IMG/VR virus record: IMGVR_UViG_3300019776_000324
Coordinates: 1-64,000 of that record
DNA: 64,000 bases
Direction: 5' to 3' (one strand)
The position numbers were made by a program, and so were the translations under genes. Each line of letters starts with the position of its first letter. Position 1 is the first letter of the stretch. Positions 61,926-64,000 of this stretch are shown here, piece after piece. The notes beneath the pieces were generated by a model. It was not told the DNA's origin and made no database searches. It saw nothing but the letters and a program-made list of their open reading frames with translations.

Positions 61926-64000
61926 TAAATTACTCCACTGCCAGGTGCGGTTTGTAAGTTAGTACTAGTCAATGCAGAAATAACTTCAATGTCATTGACA
62001 GTAGCGCCGTTTACAAATATTTGATTTGGTGCAGATCTAATTTCATACAAATCACCAAAACTCTTTTGTGGGTTTAAAGGAACCAATACTACAGAACTCA
62101 CAACATCACCAATGTTTTGATGTATGTAAGCACTCAGTTCACTGAAATAGAATGTGTCGCCAAAGTTCCAAGAATCAAGATTAAAGAATGCATCCATATT
62201 AGCCACAACTAAATTCTTAATTGCACTAACGCTAGCAGTACTTTGAGTAGACTGAATAACTTTAATAGTTGCTCGTAATGCAGGCTGTGCCTTTTGTCCA
62301 AACAACGGTTGGAAGTCAACACTGTTAAGAATCATGTTATCTGAAATCATTTTATAATCTTGCAATCCTGCATAGGCTGTGTTTAGTTCGTCAATGGTTG
62401 GCATCTCAGGCTTCTGTACGGTACCGGTGGTATCTTTCAACCAATTTTGATAGGCTGTATAATAGTCGTTGGTTACTAGGTAAACATCAATGATGTTTGT
62501 TGATCCAGGATCAATACGACTAGTCAACGGACTGTTATGGCGATATTGGAAATACAAATTCTGGCGACCTGTTTGCGCAAGATATGAGCTGTCCACAGTT
62601 AGTGTAGGGTTGCCTAGATTATCAACACCAAGAACATAAAATACTTGATTTTGGCCAACTGAGTTTGTTTCAGCATAAGCATAAAACACTTGCCCTAATG
62701 AGTATTGTGTCTGAACTGCTTGTATCTCAGACAATGTTCCGTAGCTACTGTCAATGGTGCCTTTGGTTCCAGTGTTTGCAACTAGTAGATATCGTTGTAG
62801 GTTATCAAAATCCACAGTTGACTGGAAGTACACATATTTGTCAGTGGAGTTAACAGATGGTGCTACGATATCGTCAAAGAAATCTGGATTAACAGGAGTT
62901 AGTCCGTTGTTGGCTCTAGCAAAACTAACTTCAACTTGGAAGTCATCTACTAGTCCGTCACTTAAGATTGGCTGATCAATAATAGTTAAAACATTATCTG
63001 TACCCAATGTTACTGCACTGTCAGGGCGACTGTTAATTTTTAAAACATTTACATAGTCACGGATAACTGTGCCTGTTCTGCTATCGTAGATTGGATCGCT
63101 AGTGTAAAAGAAGAATCTTGTTTCTAACACGCTACCAAAATAATAGTTCAATGATCTTGAAACCACAGTATAACTGTATCCGTTGTAGGTGCACTGTATT
63201 AACCAACTAGCATCCTGATTGGTACCAGTAGTGCTTTGTGCATTTTCTAGACTGAATGTCGCATTCTCATCAAGATTGTTCGAAGTAATCACATACCATG
63301 TGCTAGTTAAATTATTGTAACCAATACCAAAATTTTGATTTAAGTAAATCTGATTTACAATAGTTTGTTGCACTGTAGTTGGAATATCTGTGGTAAACAC
63401 AGGAATAACTTGTACAGGAATAGCACCAGTTGGAACAAAAGTATTCAACACCACTGGACCAGATCCGTTAGGAAGATTACCAAGGCCGTCAGCTGTGCCT
63501 GCCAAATATACAGCAGTGGGGCTAGCCCAGATTACTGTTTTTTCGTCTGGTAATGTTGCTGTTCCTGCTACTAATTCGTTTTCTTTATTGAAGTAATACC
63601 CATCAGGCGGAACAAACTTTACTAAACTGCCTACTTGAATATACTTGGCGTTATTACTAGCATAGGTTCCAATCGAAACTGGCTCGCCAGCGGCATTCTG
63701 AAAGTATCCAGTTGTTTCATTTGTAATTACAGTGCTTTGATGCCATGTGTAATTTAATACTGCTAAATTTGGTCTTAAAAAATTAGCATAATAAAATTGT
63801 TGCATGCCAGACTTAAGAACCAATGGATCGATTTGATTTAGTACAGCATCACTGATGTCATTGGTTGTTAACCAGCTGAACTGAAATGCCGGCAAGGTAT
63901 CAACTTCATATAGTGCGCCATCGCTAGCAAAGATGTTTGTACTAGAATATTTGCCAGTACCGTCAACCAAGTCAAGGTATCGGCTAGTACCAATGCTTGC
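61925..64000 (-). CDS. Baseplate wedge subunit-like protein, 5' end outside window
   Basis: Frame is open to 64000; C-terminal 'FFNLDSWNFGDTFYFSELSAYIH...SVVLVP' resembles the myovirus wedge (gp6-like) C-terminus; coupled to the giant ORF. Confidence 0.6.
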   Translation of the reverse strand, partial: ASIGTSRYLDLVDGTGKYSSTNIFASDGALYEVDTLPAFQFSWLTTNDISDAVLNQIDPLVLKSGMQQFYYANFLRPNLAVLNYTWHQSTVITNETTGYFQNAAGEPVSIGTYASNNAKYIQVGSLVKFVPPDGYYFNKENELVAGTATLPDEKTVIWASPTAVYLAGTADGLGNLPNGSGPVVLNTFVPTGAIPVQVIPVFTTDIPTTVQQTIVNQIYLNQNFGIGYNNLTSTWYVITSNNLDENATFSLENAQSTTGTNQDASWLIQCTYNGYSYTVVSRSLNYYFGSVLETRFFFYTSDPIYDSRTGTVIRDYVNVLKINSRPDSAVTLGTDNVLTIIDQPILSDGLVDDFQVEVSFARANNGLTPVNPDFFDDIVAPSVNSTDKYVYFQSTVDFDNLQRYLLVANTGTKGTIDSSYGTLSEIQAVQTQYSLGQVFYAYAETNSVGQNQVFYVLGVDNLGNPTLTVDSSYLAQTGRQNLYFQYRHNSPLTSRIDPGSTNIIDVYLVTNDYYTAYQNWLKDTTGTVQKPEMPTIDELNTAYAGLQDYKMISDNMILNSVDFQPLFGQKAQPALRATIKVIQSTQSTASVSAIKNLVVANMDAFFNLDSWNFGDTFYFSELSAYIHQNIGDVVSSVVLVPLNPQKSFGDLYEIRSAPNQIFVNGATVNDIEVISALTSTNLQTAPGSGVI

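Noticed and set aside
1-64000. Stop-codon recoding, common in some large phages
   Set aside because: The standard code gives dense, full-length genes including a 4718-aa ORF. TAG and TGA both end genes at sensible positions.
1-64000. tRNA or rRNA genes
   Set aside because: Intergenic spaces are short, and no cloverleaf or TTCGA-type signature was seen in them.

Overview
This window is about 64 kb of a large tailed dsDNA phage genome (myovirus/jumbo-like, standard genetic code, no tRNA, rRNA or CRISPR seen). It has four zones. (1) 1-3.6 kb: a solute-uptake block with an SSS symporter, a PP-loop ATPase and a Bug/TctC binding protein, which hints at a betaproteobacterial host. (2) 3.7-22 kb, + strand: an early/middle region with many near-consensus sigma70 promoters. 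It holds a MoxR-like AAA+ ATPase and its HEXXH/vWA partner, separated by a ~9.3-kb translationally coupled array of 35 small ORFs. 25 of these end in a shared C-terminal [FYW]-x-L-[RK]-[WFY] motif whose codons (TTG AGG TGG GCA TGA) double as the Shine-Dalgarno and start of the next gene. SPFH and thyX follow. (3) 22-44.6 kb: a ~22-kb sugar/small-molecule tailoring cluster with an NAD epimerase, DegT aminotransferase, amidinotransferase, 2OG-Fe oxygenase, O-carbamoyltransferase, five radical SAM enzymes with N-terminal Cys clusters, a sulfotransferase-like protein and about seven glycosyltransferase-like proteins. (4) 44.6-64 kb, - strand: late virion genes including fibre proteins, a 4718-aa baseplate/adhesin protein and a baseplate wedge subunit. 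The best candidates for an undescribed system are the 'FxLRW' cassette array bracketed by the AAA+/vWA pair, and the radical-SAM-rich glycan-tailoring cluster next to the Thr/Ser-rich fibres. All assignments come from reading motifs by eye; no database search was run.
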